This document shows positions 1 through 10,748 of a stretch of 64,000 nt of DNA, piece by piece (within the stretch, counting starts at the first letter, position 1; every line of letters starts with the position of its first letter). The translations under genes and the position numbers were made by a program. The notes below the pieces were generated by a model. The model was not told where the DNA came from, searched no databases, and saw only the letters and a list, made by a program, of their open reading frames with translations. This DNA comes from Kordiimonas sp. (GTDB lineage Bacteria > Pseudomonadota > Alphaproteobacteria > Sphingomonadales > Kordiimonadaceae), in assembly GCA_965199355.1 (NCBI GenBank), contig CBDARB010000011.1, forward strand, positions 148,588 to 212,587, written 5' to 3'.

Positions 1-671
1 GAATGCGCACGTTCCGCAGGAAAAAGCTTAAAGCATGCTTTGGTAACAAAACCCAGTGTGCCTTCTGCACCTGCCAGAAGGGGGGAGAGCGCATAGCCTG
101 TGTTGTCTTTCCTGAGACCAGAAAGGTCGCTGACCACGTCGCCATTTGCCAACACAGCCTCTAGGCCTAGCAGCATATCTCTCGTGGTTCCATAGCGAAC
201 AACATGCATTCCACCGGCGTTGGTTGAGATAACCCCACCGGCTGTACAGCTGCCCTCAGAAGCAAGCGAAAGAGCAAACAGAAGCCCTTCATTTGCTGCT
301 GCTTCCTGCATCGCTGCGACGGAAACACCGGCACCAGCTGTAAGTGTCATGCCTGTTCTGTCGACTGAGGGCACGTCTGTCATGCGGCGGGTGCTCAGCA
401 ATATTTCACTACTGCCATCTAGGCCGGGGATACCACCACCAACCAGTCCAGTGTTGCCGCCTTGGGGAACTATTTTGATGCCGTTCTCGTTGCAGTAAGA
501 TAATATCTTTGATGCTTCCTGGGTGGTTTTGGGCATTAGAACCAGCGGTGTGTTGCCGAAAAACTTGTCACGCCACTCGGTAACGAATGGATGAATGGTG
601 CCTTGGTCTATCAGGCAACCTTTTGGGCCAACAAACGATGAAAGCCTCTCAATGTGAGTTTGATCAATCAT
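1..671 (-). CDS. FAD-binding oxidoreductase (D-2-hydroxyglutarate/D-lactate dehydrogenase-like), 3' end runs off the window
   Basis: Not in the ORF track. Manual translation from ATG at 671 gives MIDQTHIERLSSFVGPKG...IVPQGGNTGLVGGGIP...GGVISTNAGGMHVVRYG...GLEAVLANG...LRKDNTGY, with FAD-binding PCMH motifs. The start overlaps the tsaC stop. Confidence 0.85.
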   Translation of the reverse strand, partial: MIDQTHIERLSSFVGPKGCLIDQGTIHPFVTEWRDKFFGNTPLVLMPKTTQEASKILSYCNENGIKIVPQGGNTGLVGGGIPGLDGSSEILLSTRRMTDVPSVDRTGMTLTAGAGVSVAAMQEAAANEGLLFALSLASEGSCTAGGVISTNAGGMHVVRYGTTRDMLLGLEAVLANGDVVSDLSGLRKDNTGYALSPLLAGAEGTLGFVTKACFKLFPAERAH

Positions 672-1629
672 TTGCATTCTCAGGTCGAGGAGCTGCCGCA
701 CGTTTCAGCCGGTCGTTGATGGCAATGCCGATACCTTCGTTGGGTATGGCCGCTACAGTAATAGTTGATATTCCCGTTTCATCGGCTTGTCGCAGAGTTT
801 CAAACAGATTTTTTGCGGCTTCACGAAGGTCGCCCGATGGGCTCAGGTTAAAATCACCGCTTTCTGCACCAAAGCCTATAAATGTCTCCGCATCACTCCT
901 GCGCCCATTTAGCTTCACGCTTGCCGTTGGGGCATAGTGGCTGGACAGTTGACCAGGCGCTGTGATCTGATTGTTCTGGCGGTCCAAGACCGGCAATCCG
1001 GTACATGAAGTCAAGTCATCAACTGTAATTGTACCGGGCCTTAGTAGCGTCAAAACATCACCTTCAACCGCCACTATTGTGGACTCAATGCCAACACGTG
1101 TTGACCCGCCGTCGACAATCAACGGAATTTTATTGCCCAACGTCGCGAGCACGCTGTGCGCATTAGTTGGCGAAAGCTGGCCAGATGGGTTGGCGCTTGG
1201 CGCTGCAATTGGTCGCTCCAGCTGTTTGATTATTTGCCGCGTCACAAGGCTGTCGGGGCTTCTAACGGCCAGCGTTTCCAACCCCACCGATACGGCGTTG
1301 GAAACGCTTACATTAGGTTTGCGCCGACTAACGATAGTCAGCGGTCCCGGCCAGAAATGTCCCATCAGCTTTTCCGCTGTTTCTGAAACGTCAACATAGC
1401 GTGATGCCGTGGCGATTTCGCTGACATGACAGATCAGTGGATTGAAACTTGGCCGTCCCTTCACGGAATAGATTTTGGCCACACCATGGTCGTTTGTAGC
1501 GTCTGCCGCCAGCCCGTATACCGTCTCGGTGGGAACGGCGATCACATCACCATGCAATAATTTCTCGACTGCGAGGTCAATCGCACCATCTTGAGAGGCA
1601 GAAACCAAGGTCGCAGTAGCGGTCACCAT
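664..1629 (-). CDS. tsaC: L-threonylcarbamoyladenylate synthase (Sua5/TsaC)
   Basis: VIAVPTETVYGLAAD, KGRPSFNPLICH, AAPSANPSG and a Sua5 C-terminal SHYAP segment. Start is ATG 1629 or GTG 1638. Confidence 0.92.
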   Translation of the reverse strand: MVTATATLVSASQDGAIDLAVEKLLHGDVIAVPTETVYGLAADATNDHGVAKIYSVKGRPSFNPLICHVSEIATASRYVDVSETAEKLMGHFWPGPLTIVSRRKPNVSVSNAVSVGLETLAVRSPDSLVTRQIIKQLERPIAAPSANPSGQLSPTNAHSVLATLGNKIPLIVDGGSTRVGIESTIVAVEGDVLTLLRPGTITVDDLTSCTGLPVLDRQNNQITAPGQLSSHYAPTASVKLNGRRSDAETFIGFGAESGDFNLSPSGDLREAAKNLFETLRQADETGISTITVAAIPNEGIGIAINDRLKRAAAPRPENAND

Positions 1630-1780
1630 AAACTTCACCGGTTTGATCTAAATCGTTTGCAGTCATTGGTGGTTATATATGCTGCGCTCTGGAAAGGAAA
1701 TGCCAGATAAATCTGTCAGATAGATCATCGGTGTTTCTGGCAGGTAACCAAGGTCCAAATTTGTATATGGATATGTATCA

Positions 1781-3574
1781 ATGAGTTATTATCGCGCCCC
1801 ACTTGAAGAAATCGCTTTCACGCTGGAAACTGTTGCAGGCATGAAGCAATGGACCAGCCTTCCCGGATTTGAAGAAGCGGGAGAAGACCTAGCTCTTGCT
1901 GTGCTGGAGGAAGCCGGCAAACTCGCCAATGATGTGATTGCCCCCACTAATGCGATTGGGGATGCTGAAGGCGCGATTTTGACAGACGGTGCTGTTAAGA
2001 CACCAGATGCTTTTAAACCCATGCATGAAGCTTATGTGGAAGGCGGCTGGTCAACTCTAAGTGCAGACCCGGACTTGGGCGGACAAGGGCTTCCAGCCTC
2101 GTTGGAGATTGCCGTGACCGAAATGGTCACGTCAGCAAACGTTGCTTACAGTTTGCAGCCACTACTGACCAGTGGTGCTATTCAAGCCATTAACGCCCAT
2201 GCCAGTGATGAGCTGCGAACGACATACCTTCCCAAAATGATCACTGGCGAGTGGTCTGGTGCCATGAACCTGACAGAGCCAAGCGCGGGCTCTGACGTTG
2301 GCGCGCTTCGGGCCAAGGCTGAAAAACAACCGGACGGTACATACAGGATCAGCGGCCAGAAGATATACATCACTTGGGGCGAGCATGATTTGTGTGACAA
2401 TATCATTCACCTTGTTCTTGCGCGCTTGCCAGACAGCCCGGCGGGGACCAAAGGCATCTCCATGTTTATTGTGCCCAAGTTTCTCGTGAATGAAGATGGT
2501 ACCCTTGGTAAACGTAACGATGTGAAGTGCGTCAGTATTGAACACAAGCTTGGTATTCACGGTAGCCCGACATGCACAATGGCTTTTGGGGAAGAGGGCA
2601 ACTGCGTTGGCTATCTGGTCGGCGAAGAAAACTTCGGCATGCGTAACATGTTCACGATGATGAACCACGCCCGTGTTGGTGTTGGCTTGCAAGGCGCGGC
2701 CATCGCAGAACATGCCTACCAGCAATCTGTCGCTTTTGCGTCCGAAAGGGTGCAGTCCGCGGCGATTGGTGCCAAGACACGCGAGTCAGTTGCTATCATC
2801 AATCACCCTGATGTTCGCCGTATGTTGATGACTATGCGGGCCACTACTGAAGCGGCGCGTGCCATTATTTACCGAAACGTATGGGCACATGACCTGGCCC
2901 ATGCATCAACCGACAAGGTCGAGCGGGCAAAAGCCATTGGTGAGGCCGATTTGCTTACGCCTATCTCCAAAGCATACTCCACGGATATTGGCGTTGAAGC
3001 GGCGTCTCTTGCTGTTCAAATTCACGGTGGTATGGGTTTTGTTGAAGAAACCGGTGTTGCGCAATTTTATCGTGATGTTCGCATCGCCCCAATTTACGAA
3101 GGCACAAACGGCATTCAGGCTTTGGATCTTGCTGGCCGCAAACTGAACGCTGATGGCGGCGCGCATTGGCGCTCGCTTATCAAAGAGATGCGCGAATCTG
3201 CCAATAACCTTGGTCGTTCTTTGTCGGGCTCGAAAAACTTGCTTCTGGAAGGTATTGAGGCGTTGGAGCAAGCGGCAAATACTCTGTTTGGCAATGGTTT
3301 TGAAAATATTATTGATACGGCTGCTGCTGCTACGCCGTATCTGCGCCTGTGGGGCACGGTGCTTGGTGCGCACCTTTTAACACAGCAAGCGGTTGAAGCA
3401 GAGCGGCGATTGGCATCAGACGATGGCAACCCGGCGTTCCTGAAGAGTAAAATCGCGACTGCACGCTTTTTTGTGGAGCAAATATTACCCTCGGCAAGTG
3501 CTCTACTCGGGCCCATTATGGCCGGGGCAGGTACCGTCAATGCGATGGATAATATTGACTTTGAAAGGGCTTAG
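1781..3574 (+). CDS. Long-type acyl-CoA dehydrogenase (DmdC-like family)
   Basis: GAMNLTEPSAGSDVG, ISGQKIYITWGEHDL, EHKLGIHGSPTC, IYEGTNGIQALDL; 597 aa. Confidence 0.9.
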   Translation: MSYYRAPLEEIAFTLETVAGMKQWTSLPGFEEAGEDLALAVLEEAGKLANDVIAPTNAIGDAEGAILTDGAVKTPDAFKPMHEAYVEGGWSTLSADPDLGGQGLPASLEIAVTEMVTSANVAYSLQPLLTSGAIQAINAHASDELRTTYLPKMITGEWSGAMNLTEPSAGSDVGALRAKAEKQPDGTYRISGQKIYITWGEHDLCDNIIHLVLARLPDSPAGTKGISMFIVPKFLVNEDGTLGKRNDVKCVSIEHKLGIHGSPTCTMAFGEEGNCVGYLVGEENFGMRNMFTMMNHARVGVGLQGAAIAEHAYQQSVAFASERVQSAAIGAKTRESVAIINHPDVRRMLMTMRATTEAARAIIYRNVWAHDLAHASTDKVERAKAIGEADLLTPISKAYSTDIGVEAASLAVQIHGGMGFVEETGVAQFYRDVRIAPIYEGTNGIQALDLAGRKLNADGGAHWRSLIKEMRESANNLGRSLSGSKNLLLEGIEALEQAANTLFGNGFENIIDTAAAATPYLRLWGTVLGAHLLTQQAVEAERRLASDDGNPAFLKSKIATARFFVEQILPSASALLGPIMAGAGTVNAMDNIDFERA

Positions 3575-3576
3575 CC

Positions 3577-4764
3577 TTGACTGACAGAGAAGATAACGGC
3601 CCAGAAGTTTCCGATATCGAAACCAAAGACCATCGCGTTGCTTCTGCGAAACAGGACGATAAAGGGCTGTTTTACCCCCACGGCGAGAAGGTACCCGGTG
3701 GCAGCGAAGTCATCGAGGTGACGGATGGTGTGTTGTGGGCGCGTATTCCGCTGCCGTGGTCGCTTGATCATATTAACATCTATCTTTTCAAAGAAGATGA
3801 CGGCTGGAGCGTTGTGGACACCGGTTCACGCGGACAAACCGGCAAAGATGCATGGGCTGCAATAGAACAGGATGTGCTCAAAGGTGAACCAATAACCCGG
3901 GTGATTGCGACCCATATGCACCCGGATCATCTTGGGCTTGCAGGCTGGTTGGTTGAGCGACACAAGGCCGAGTTCTGGATTACACAAGCAGAGTATTTGC
4001 TGGCAACCACACTTTGGAACAGTGCAGGGGCTGAATTTCCCGAGCATGAACTGGACTATCTCTTCCGCGGAGGGGTCGACCGGAAGTATGAACCCATGAT
4101 CCGTGCTGCTGGGTACGGAAACTATAAAAAAGGTGTTCATACTTTGCCCGCGACATATGTGCGCATCGAAGATGGTAGCAGGCTTAGACTGGGTGGTCGC
4201 GATTGGCTTGTGATTATTGGCAGAGGGCATTCGCCTGAACATGCCTGTCTTCAATGTCTTGATGAGCCATTGTTCATTGGTGGGGACCAAATTCTGCCCG
4301 AAATTACCTCGAACGTTTCCGTTTATGCGCGTGAGCCGATGGGAAACCCACTTGCGCACTGGCTCTCCAGTCTGGATCGTATGACCGGCCTGCCAGGTGA
4401 CCCGCTCGTCTTACCATCCCATGGGCGGGTTTTTGTCGGTTTGCAAACGCGTATCGATGCGCTGATCAATGGGCATCTTGATAAACTGGCGAGACTTCAT
4501 GATTGGTGCGGTGAGGCCAGGTCTGCAACGCGGACGTTCAAAGCACTGTTTCGGCGTAAAATCGAAGGGATGGATTTCTATCTGGCACTTGGTGAGGCGA
4601 TTGCACACATTCATCTTCTCGAGTCTATCAACCTCGTGGAACGCACCTTTGACGGTGAAGTTTACCAATTCCAGTCTGTGGGTGAATTCAAACGAGCCGA
4701 AGTGATGCCTCTTGTTAATGATCAGCCTGGTGTGGCACTTCGGTCGCTGTCGGACTTGTTTTGA
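3577..4764 (+). CDS. MBL-fold metallo-hydrolase
   Basis: THMHPDHLG (HxHxDH), GHSPEH, GDQILP, LPSHG; TTG start 2 nt after the upstream stop. Confidence 0.85.
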   Translation: MTDREDNGPEVSDIETKDHRVASAKQDDKGLFYPHGEKVPGGSEVIEVTDGVLWARIPLPWSLDHINIYLFKEDDGWSVVDTGSRGQTGKDAWAAIEQDVLKGEPITRVIATHMHPDHLGLAGWLVERHKAEFWITQAEYLLATTLWNSAGAEFPEHELDYLFRGGVDRKYEPMIRAAGYGNYKKGVHTLPATYVRIEDGSRLRLGGRDWLVIIGRGHSPEHACLQCLDEPLFIGGDQILPEITSNVSVYAREPMGNPLAHWLSSLDRMTGLPGDPLVLPSHGRVFVGLQTRIDALINGHLDKLARLHDWCGEARSATRTFKALFRRKIEGMDFYLALGEAIAHIHLLESINLVERTFDGEVYQFQSVGEFKRAEVMPLVNDQPGVALRSLSDLF

Positions 4765-4852
4765 GCGGTGGTGCTGACAAGTACCTTTACCTTTGTGGAC
4801 GTGAGGCCCTATAACGGGCGCAACCAAGGCAAGATCAGACGAGAGACGTTTC

Positions 4853-5110
4853 ATGGGCCAGGAAAACGCTTCAACAGACATTAATGACCTGAGTTTTGAG
4901 CAGGCTATGGCGGAGCTTGACGCTGTAGTTTCCCAACTCGAATCAGGGTCTGCCCCCCTTGAAAAGTCGATTGAACTTTATACTAAGGGGACTGCCCTTA
5001 AAGCCCGCTGTGAAGCACTTCTGAAAGAAGCGCAGGCTAACATTGAAAAGATTACCTTTGACGAAGCGGGTGCGGCGACCGGCACCACGCCTTTCGACCC
5101 GGAAGCCTGA
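4853..5110 (+). CDS. xseB: Exodeoxyribonuclease VII small subunit
   Basis: LSFEQAMAELDAVVSQLESG..PLEKSIELYTKG; conserved xseB-ispA-dxs order. Confidence 0.93.
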   Translation: MGQENASTDINDLSFEQAMAELDAVVSQLESGSAPLEKSIELYTKGTALKARCEALLKEAQANIEKITFDEAGAATGTTPFDPEA

Positions 5111-5115
5111 TTTCC

Positions 5116-6018
5116 ATGCCACTCTTCGACAATAAAGCCCTCAATGAGGCATTGATGGCGACTTCTGTAGCGCTTGAGCGCACAGTTGACCCATTGCTTT
5201 CTGTTACTGATGGACCAGAAGCGCAGGTTGTTGAAGCAATGCGGTATGCCTTCTTCTCGGGTGGCAAGCGATTGAGGCCGTTTCTTGTTCTGGCAGGTGC
5301 CGAACTGTTTGGTGTCAATCGGGCGCAAGCTCTCCGTGTTGCGGCGGCAGTTGAGAGTGTTCATTGCTATTCGCTTGTGCATGACGACCTGCCTGCGATG
5401 GATGACGACGACCTTAGGCGTGGCAAACCAACTGTTCATAAGGCATATGATGAAGCGACAGCCATTCTCGCCGGGGATGCGCTTATGACATTTGCGTTTG
5501 AACTTTTGGCTGATGAGAAAACCCATGCAGACCCGCATGTGCGGTTGAAGCTTATTTCCAGCCTTGCACGCGCGTCCGGTCATCATGGAATGGTTGGTGG
5601 TCAGATGATTGACCTGACTGCCGCTGATCATGAGCTTGGCGAGGCGGAAATATACCGCCTGCAGCAAATGAAAACCGGTGCTTTGATAAGCTTTTCGTCG
5701 GAAGCCGGGGCTATTATGGGGCATGCCAGTCCCAAGGCGCTCGCGTCAATGCAGGGGTATGCAAGAGACCTTGGACTTGCGTTTCAGATTGCGGACGACC
5801 TGCTGGACGTGGAAGGCACACCCGAAGAGGTTGGTAAGGCAACGCAAAAAGATGCAGACGCCGGAAAAGCAACCCTCGTTGGTATAATGGGAGTGGAGCG
5901 TGCCCGCAAGCAGGCGGAAATTCTCGCCAATCAGGCTATTGAACATTTGTCTGATTTCGACGATAAAGCAGCACTTTTGCGGGCTGTGGCGCATTTTGCT
6001 ATATTTCGCCGCACCTAA
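5116..6018 (+). CDS. ispA: Farnesyl diphosphate synthase
   Basis: GGKRLRP, SLVHDDLPAMDDDDLRRGKPT (FARM), KTGAL, FQIADDLLD (SARM). Confidence 0.95.
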   Translation: MPLFDNKALNEALMATSVALERTVDPLLSVTDGPEAQVVEAMRYAFFSGGKRLRPFLVLAGAELFGVNRAQALRVAAAVESVHCYSLVHDDLPAMDDDDLRRGKPTVHKAYDEATAILAGDALMTFAFELLADEKTHADPHVRLKLISSLARASGHHGMVGGQMIDLTAADHELGEAEIYRLQQMKTGALISFSSEAGAIMGHASPKALASMQGYARDLGLAFQIADDLLDVEGTPEEVGKATQKDADAGKATLVGIMGVERARKQAEILANQAIEHLSDFDDKAALLRAVAHFAIFRRT

Positions 6019-6075
6019 AGACCGACAGTGAATTTTCGCACTATTTTGGGGTCGTACAAGGAAAGATAACCGCCT

Positions 6076-8001
6076 GTGAGCAACACGTCAGAAACTCCAT
6101 TGCTTGATGGTATCGAGACACCAACAGACCTTCGGAAGTTGCCGAAAGACCAGTTGCAGGTGCTTGCTGATGAGCTACGCACCGAAATTATCAATGCGGC
6201 TTCTGTCTCTGGCGGGCATTTTGGCGCTGGCCTTGGCGTTGTGGAACTGACCGTTGCGCTTCACTATGTTTTTAATACCCCTGATGACAGATTGATTTGG
6301 GACGTGGGTCACCAAGCCTATCCGCATAAAGTGCTGACAGGCAGGCGTGAAGGCATCCGGTCTATCCGCCAACCTGGTGGCCTTTCGCCTTTCACCAAGC
6401 GTGGTGAAAGTGATTATGACCCGTTTGGGGCAGGGCATTCTTCCACGTCAATCAGTGCGGCGCTTGGTATGGCGGTCGCTAACAAGCTTGCCGGTATTGA
6501 TAGCCGGGCTATTGCGGTGATTGGCGACGGTGCCATGAGTGCCGGTATGGCTTATGAGGCGATGAATAACGCGGAGCAAGCTGGTAATCGGCTTATCGTC
6601 ATTTTGAATGATAACGATATGTCAATTGCGCCAGCGGTTGGCGGTCTTAGCGCTTATTTGGCGCGTATCATCAGCTCCGAGACCTTTTTGAGCCTGCGAG
6701 GGTTTGGCAAGAAGATCATTGAGATGTTGCCGAAGCCGCTTGCTGATCGTGCCCGTTTGGCTGAGGAAACTGCGCGCGGCATGGCTGCTGGTGGGGGTAC
6801 TCTGTTTGATGAACTTGGTTTCTATTACGTCGGCCCGATTGACGGCCACAATATGGACCATCTTCTGCCTGTGCTTGAGAATGTGCGAGACGCACAGGAT
6901 GGCCCCATTCTGGTGCATGTGGTAACGGAAAAAGGGCGTGGCCACCCCTTTATCAAACCTCATCAGGAAAAATATCATGCTGTGCCGCAGTTTGATCTGG
7001 TTACCGGTGAGCATAAGAAATCAACCCCGAAAGCACCGTCATACACCAGTGTTTTTGCTGAGGCTTTGATCGACGAAGCCTCTCGCGATGATAAAATCGT
7101 AGCGATCACAGCGGCTATGCCGTCAGGCACCGGTATTGATAAGTTTGAAAAGGCATACCCCGACCGCACATTCGATGTAGGTATTGCTGAACAGCATGCG
7201 GTAACATTTGCTGCTGGACTGGCGGCGGAGGGGTTCAAGCCGTTTGCGACTATTTATTCCACCTTCTTGCAGCGTGCTTATGATCAGGTCGTGCATGATG
7301 TGGCGGTGCAAAACCTGCCTGTACGCTTTGCGATTGATCGGGCGGGCCTTGTGGGTGCGGACGGGCCAACACACGCCGGCACGTTTGATATCACGTATCT
7401 AGCCAGCCTGCCGAATATGGTTGTGATGGCTGCGGCTGATGAAGCTGATTTGAAACACATGGTAGCAACCTGTGCGGCACTGAACGATCGCCCGTCTGCT
7501 GTGCGGTATCCGCGCGGTGAAGGTGTTGGTGTTGAACTGCCGGAGCACGGCGAGCCACTTGAAATCGGCAAGGGGCGCATTGTCAAGTCGGGCTCTAAAG
7601 TTGCGATACTGTCGCTTGGCTCTCGCCTCTCTGAAGCTCTGGAGGCCGCTACTCAACTGGAGGCGCGCGGTCTGTCAACCACCGTTGCAGACGCACGTTT
7701 TGCCAAACCAATTGACGAGCAGTTGATCAGAGATTTAGCAGCAAGCCATGACCTGCTGCTGACAGTTGAGGAGGGTTCCATCGGTGGGTTTGGTGCCCAT
7801 GTGATGGACTTCTGTGCCGATGAGGGCATCCTTGATGGGCGTCTTCGCGTAAGGGCTCTCAAGCTACCTGATGTGTTTATCGATCATGGCAAACCTGCTG
7901 ACATGTATGAAGAGGCGGGCCTCAATGCTTCGGGCATCGTATCCGCTGTTCTTAAGGCGTTGGGTCACAACAGTTTTGACCAAACTGCCGTCAATAAGTA
8001 A
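6076..8001 (+). CDS. dxs: 1-deoxy-D-xylulose-5-phosphate synthase
   Basis: [51 protein letters not shown]. Confidence 0.97.
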   Translation: MSNTSETPLLDGIETPTDLRKLPKDQLQVLADELRTEIINAASVSGGHFGAGLGVVELTVALHYVFNTPDDRLIWDVGHQAYPHKVLTGRREGIRSIRQPGGLSPFTKRGESDYDPFGAGHSSTSISAALGMAVANKLAGIDSRAIAVIGDGAMSAGMAYEAMNNAEQAGNRLIVILNDNDMSIAPAVGGLSAYLARIISSETFLSLRGFGKKIIEMLPKPLADRARLAEETARGMAAGGGTLFDELGFYYVGPIDGHNMDHLLPVLENVRDAQDGPILVHVVTEKGRGHPFIKPHQEKYHAVPQFDLVTGEHKKSTPKAPSYTSVFAEALIDEASRDDKIVAITAAMPSGTGIDKFEKAYPDRTFDVGIAEQHAVTFAAGLAAEGFKPFATIYSTFLQRAYDQVVHDVAVQNLPVRFAIDRAGLVGADGPTHAGTFDITYLASLPNMVVMAAADEADLKHMVATCAALNDRPSAVRYPRGEGVGVELPEHGEPLEIGKGRIVKSGSKVAILSLGSRLSEALEAATQLEARGLSTTVADARFAKPIDEQLIRDLAASHDLLLTVEEGSIGGFGAHVMDFCADEGILDGRLRVRALKLPDVFIDHGKPADMYEEAGLNASGIVSAVLKALGHNSFDQTAVNK

Positions 8002-8021
8002 TCCCTTGGGGGAGAGCGCTG

Positions 8022-8765
8022 GTGCCTAAAATCCGGGTTGATGTTGCGCTTGTAGATCGCGGCCTCGTTGAAAGCAGGTCCAAGGCGCAGGCGCTTGTGA
8101 TGGCAGGTGTCGTATTTTCCGGCGAGACAAAAGTCCTTAAAGCAGGTCACCAGATAGCCGATGATAAACCCCTCGAAGTACGCGGTAAGGACCACCCGTG
8201 GGTAAGCCGTGGCGGCTTGAAGCTGGAAAAGGGCCTTGCGGAATTTGCTGTCGATCCCAGCGGTTTGATTGCTATTGATGTCGGGGCGTCAACCGGCGGT
8301 TTTACAGATGTGCTGTTAACTGGCGGTGCAAAACATGTTTATGCGGTTGATGTGGGGCGGGGGCAATTGGCCTGGAAGCTCAGGAATGATGATCGTGTTA
8401 CCGTTCTTGAAAAAACAAACGCCCGTTATTTGAACGACGAACAAATCCCTGAACCGATTGATCTTGTTGTATGCGACGCAAGTTTCATCTCTCTCAAAAC
8501 GGTTCTTTCCGCTGCGCTTGGCTTCACTAAAGGGGGGGGCAAGCTCATCGCTTTGATCAAGCCTCAGTTCGAGGTTGGTAAAGACAACGTCGGCAAAGGC
8601 GGTGTTGTGCGGGACCCGGCCCTTCATCAAGCGGTATGCGATGATATTAGAGATTGGCTTGATGCCTTATCGGGCTGGCGCGCAGTTGGCATTACCGAAA
8701 GCCCGATTAAAGGGCCGGAAGGGAACATAGAGTTCCTGATTTATGGCGAGAAGTCAGGTGACTAA
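8022..8765 (+). CDS. tlyA: TlyA family rRNA methyltransferase
   Basis: N-terminal S4 domain, WVSRGGLKL, IDVGASTGGFTD, LIKPQFE, SPIKGPEGNIEF. Confidence 0.95.
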   Translation: MPKIRVDVALVDRGLVESRSKAQALVMAGVVFSGETKVLKAGHQIADDKPLEVRGKDHPWVSRGGLKLEKGLAEFAVDPSGLIAIDVGASTGGFTDVLLTGGAKHVYAVDVGRGQLAWKLRNDDRVTVLEKTNARYLNDEQIPEPIDLVVCDASFISLKTVLSAALGFTKGGGKLIALIKPQFEVGKDNVGKGGVVRDPALHQAVCDDIRDWLDALSGWRAVGITESPIKGPEGNIEFLIYGEKSGD

Positions 8766-10035
8766 CCAGATTACGGTGACAATTGATACGCTTGGCGCAC
8801 GCGGTGACGGCATCGGGCAGCATGATGGTAAACCTGTGTATGTGGCGGGAGCCTTGCCGGGCGAAAGCATCTTGGTTGATGTGACAGAGGTTAAAAGAAG
8901 CGGCACGGTTGGTAGGATCAATGAAGTTCTTGAACCATCGCCTGACCGACGGGAGGCGCCATGCAAGCATTTTGACCGTTGCGGCAGTTGTCAGCTCCAG
9001 CATTTGGGGGAAGGGCTTTATGCAAACTGGACGCAGAGCCGTGCAGCGTTCGCGCTGAAACAGCAGGGCATTACCGATGTGCCTTTCGAAAATGCTTTTA
9101 TTGTTCCCCCCGCCAGCAGAAGACGTTTAGCGCTCAAAGCGTTGAAAACTTCAACCAAGCTTGTGCTTGGTTTTAATAAGGTATCGAGTCATCAAATTGA
9201 GGACATTGATCATTGTTTGGTGGCGGACGTGCAGCTGACAGATGTGTTCGAACCACTCAGAAACCTGTTATGGCAGGCTTTGCCAAGTTCAATGCTATCG
9301 ACAATTCACCTAACCCGGACGGATAGTGGCATTGACCTCGTCGTGGATACCTCTGTAGCGCTTGATTTGTCGACACGCGAACTGTGTACCGAGTTTGCGA
9401 ATGCGCACGATATCGCGTCTTTTCATTGGAACCATTCAGGCTTTCTTGATCCGGTCGCCATTCGCCGCGAAGCCGTCATGAAGTTTGCAGGGGCGAGATT
9501 ACCCGTTCCGCCTGCTGCCTTCTTGCAGGCGACTAGCGAAAGCCAGAAAGCCATGGTGGAAACGGTTTTGTCGGCCTGCGGCGAGACAAAGCGTGCCGCC
9601 GATCTATTTTGTGGTATCGGTACATTTACGTTTCCGCTTGCGCAGCGTTTTCAGGTATTGGCGGTGGAAGGGGCCAAGGATGCTTTGGCTTCTGTGGAAG
9701 CCGGTCGAAACACCGCCGCAGCTGCAGGGGTAAATCTGAAGCAGATTGTCACCAAACATCGCGATTTATTCCGCAGGCCGCTTTCTGAGAAAGAACTGGC
9801 CGGATTTGACGTTGTGGTGATGGACCCGCCCCGTGCGGGTGCTGAAGCTCAGGCGAGAGAACTCGCGAAGTCAGGGGTGAAGAAAGTTGTCTCCGTCTCA
9901 TGTAACCCCAATACTTTTGCCCGCGATGCCCGCATCCTGATTGATGGTGGCTATGAGCTGAAAATGGTAAAGCCTATTGACCAGTTCCTTTGGTCTACCC
10001 ATCTAGAATTGATCGGCATATTCCAAAGGCCCTGA
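8743..10035 (+). CDS. rlmD: TrmA/RlmD family RNA (uracil-5)-methyltransferase with TRAM domain and 4Fe-4S cysteines
   Basis: PCKHFDRCGSCQLQH, FLQAT, DLFCGIGTF, DPPRAGA, SVSCNPNTFARD, DQFLWSTHLE. Confidence 0.8.
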   Translation: MARSQVTNQITVTIDTLGARGDGIGQHDGKPVYVAGALPGESILVDVTEVKRSGTVGRINEVLEPSPDRREAPCKHFDRCGSCQLQHLGEGLYANWTQSRAAFALKQQGITDVPFENAFIVPPASRRRLALKALKTSTKLVLGFNKVSSHQIEDIDHCLVADVQLTDVFEPLRNLLWQALPSSMLSTIHLTRTDSGIDLVVDTSVALDLSTRELCTEFANAHDIASFHWNHSGFLDPVAIRREAVMKFAGARLPVPPAAFLQATSESQKAMVETVLSACGETKRAADLFCGIGTFTFPLAQRFQVLAVEGAKDALASVEAGRNTAAAAGVNLKQIVTKHRDLFRRPLSEKELAGFDVVVMDPPRAGAEAQARELAKSGVKKVVSVSCNPNTFARDARILIDGGYELKMVKPIDQFLWSTHLELIGIFQRP

Positions 10036-10067
10036 TAGTGGCCTATGCTTGTCGACAGGGGGATATT

Positions 10068-10682
10068 ATGAACCGAAAGAAAATCAATACGGATTCGATC
10101 ATTGCACTCGCTGCTATGTTGACGGCGGTGGTGGCGGTCGTTGTTGCTGTTGTTCAAACCAACATTATGCGGGAAGAAGCGACCGCAGAACGCGATCATG
10201 CGCGGCTTTCGGTTTTGCCTGCCGTTTCTATCTTATACAGCAATGGGCATAATGATGATGGTCTGTTGTTTTTCGAACTTAATGTTTATAATCAAGGTCT
10301 TGGACCGGCAAAAATTGAAGATTTTTCAGTCTATTACAAAGGCGAGAAAGTCAGAAATCAGCGTGCGTGGGTGCAGGCTGTTGCCGGGGATGTGGAAGCC
10401 ATCGAGCAATATGAGCAAGCGCCGGTCATTAACAATAGCTATGTGGGGGAGGGCCGTATCATCCCTGCTGATGGGACGCTTACCCCAATTCATGTGGCAC
10501 ATAGTGAGTTGGCGTCAAAACTTGAAAAAGCACTCGCGGACACTGAGTTTTCTATCTGTGTCTGCTCATTCTACGGTGATTGTCAGCGTTTGATCGGTCA
10601 AAATCCTCAAACGGAGCCCGTCGCCACATGCGTTGGGTACCGGGAGGCCGAGCCTATAGCTGAACCCTTCGTTAGAAAGTGA
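10068..10682 (+). CDS. Hypothetical membrane-anchored protein
   Basis: ATG at 10068 after GGGGGA; one hydrophobic helix IIALAAMLTAVVAVVVAVV; four C-terminal Cys. No family recognised. Confidence 0.65.
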   Translation: MNRKKINTDSIIALAAMLTAVVAVVVAVVQTNIMREEATAERDHARLSVLPAVSILYSNGHNDDGLLFFELNVYNQGLGPAKIEDFSVYYKGEKVRNQRAWVQAVAGDVEAIEQYEQAPVINNSYVGEGRIIPADGTLTPIHVAHSELASKLEKALADTEFSICVCSFYGDCQRLIGQNPQTEPVATCVGYREAEPIAEPFVRK

Positions 10683-10748
10683 GTTTGCCGTAAATTAGAC
10701 AGTTTGTGTCACAGGTGGTAAGCTCCGTTAGAAGTTGGGGATTATCAT

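Noticed and set aside
4853-10035. xseB-ispA-dxs-tlyA-rlmD cluster as a novel system
   Set aside because: Largely a well-known conserved gene order with ordinary motifs.
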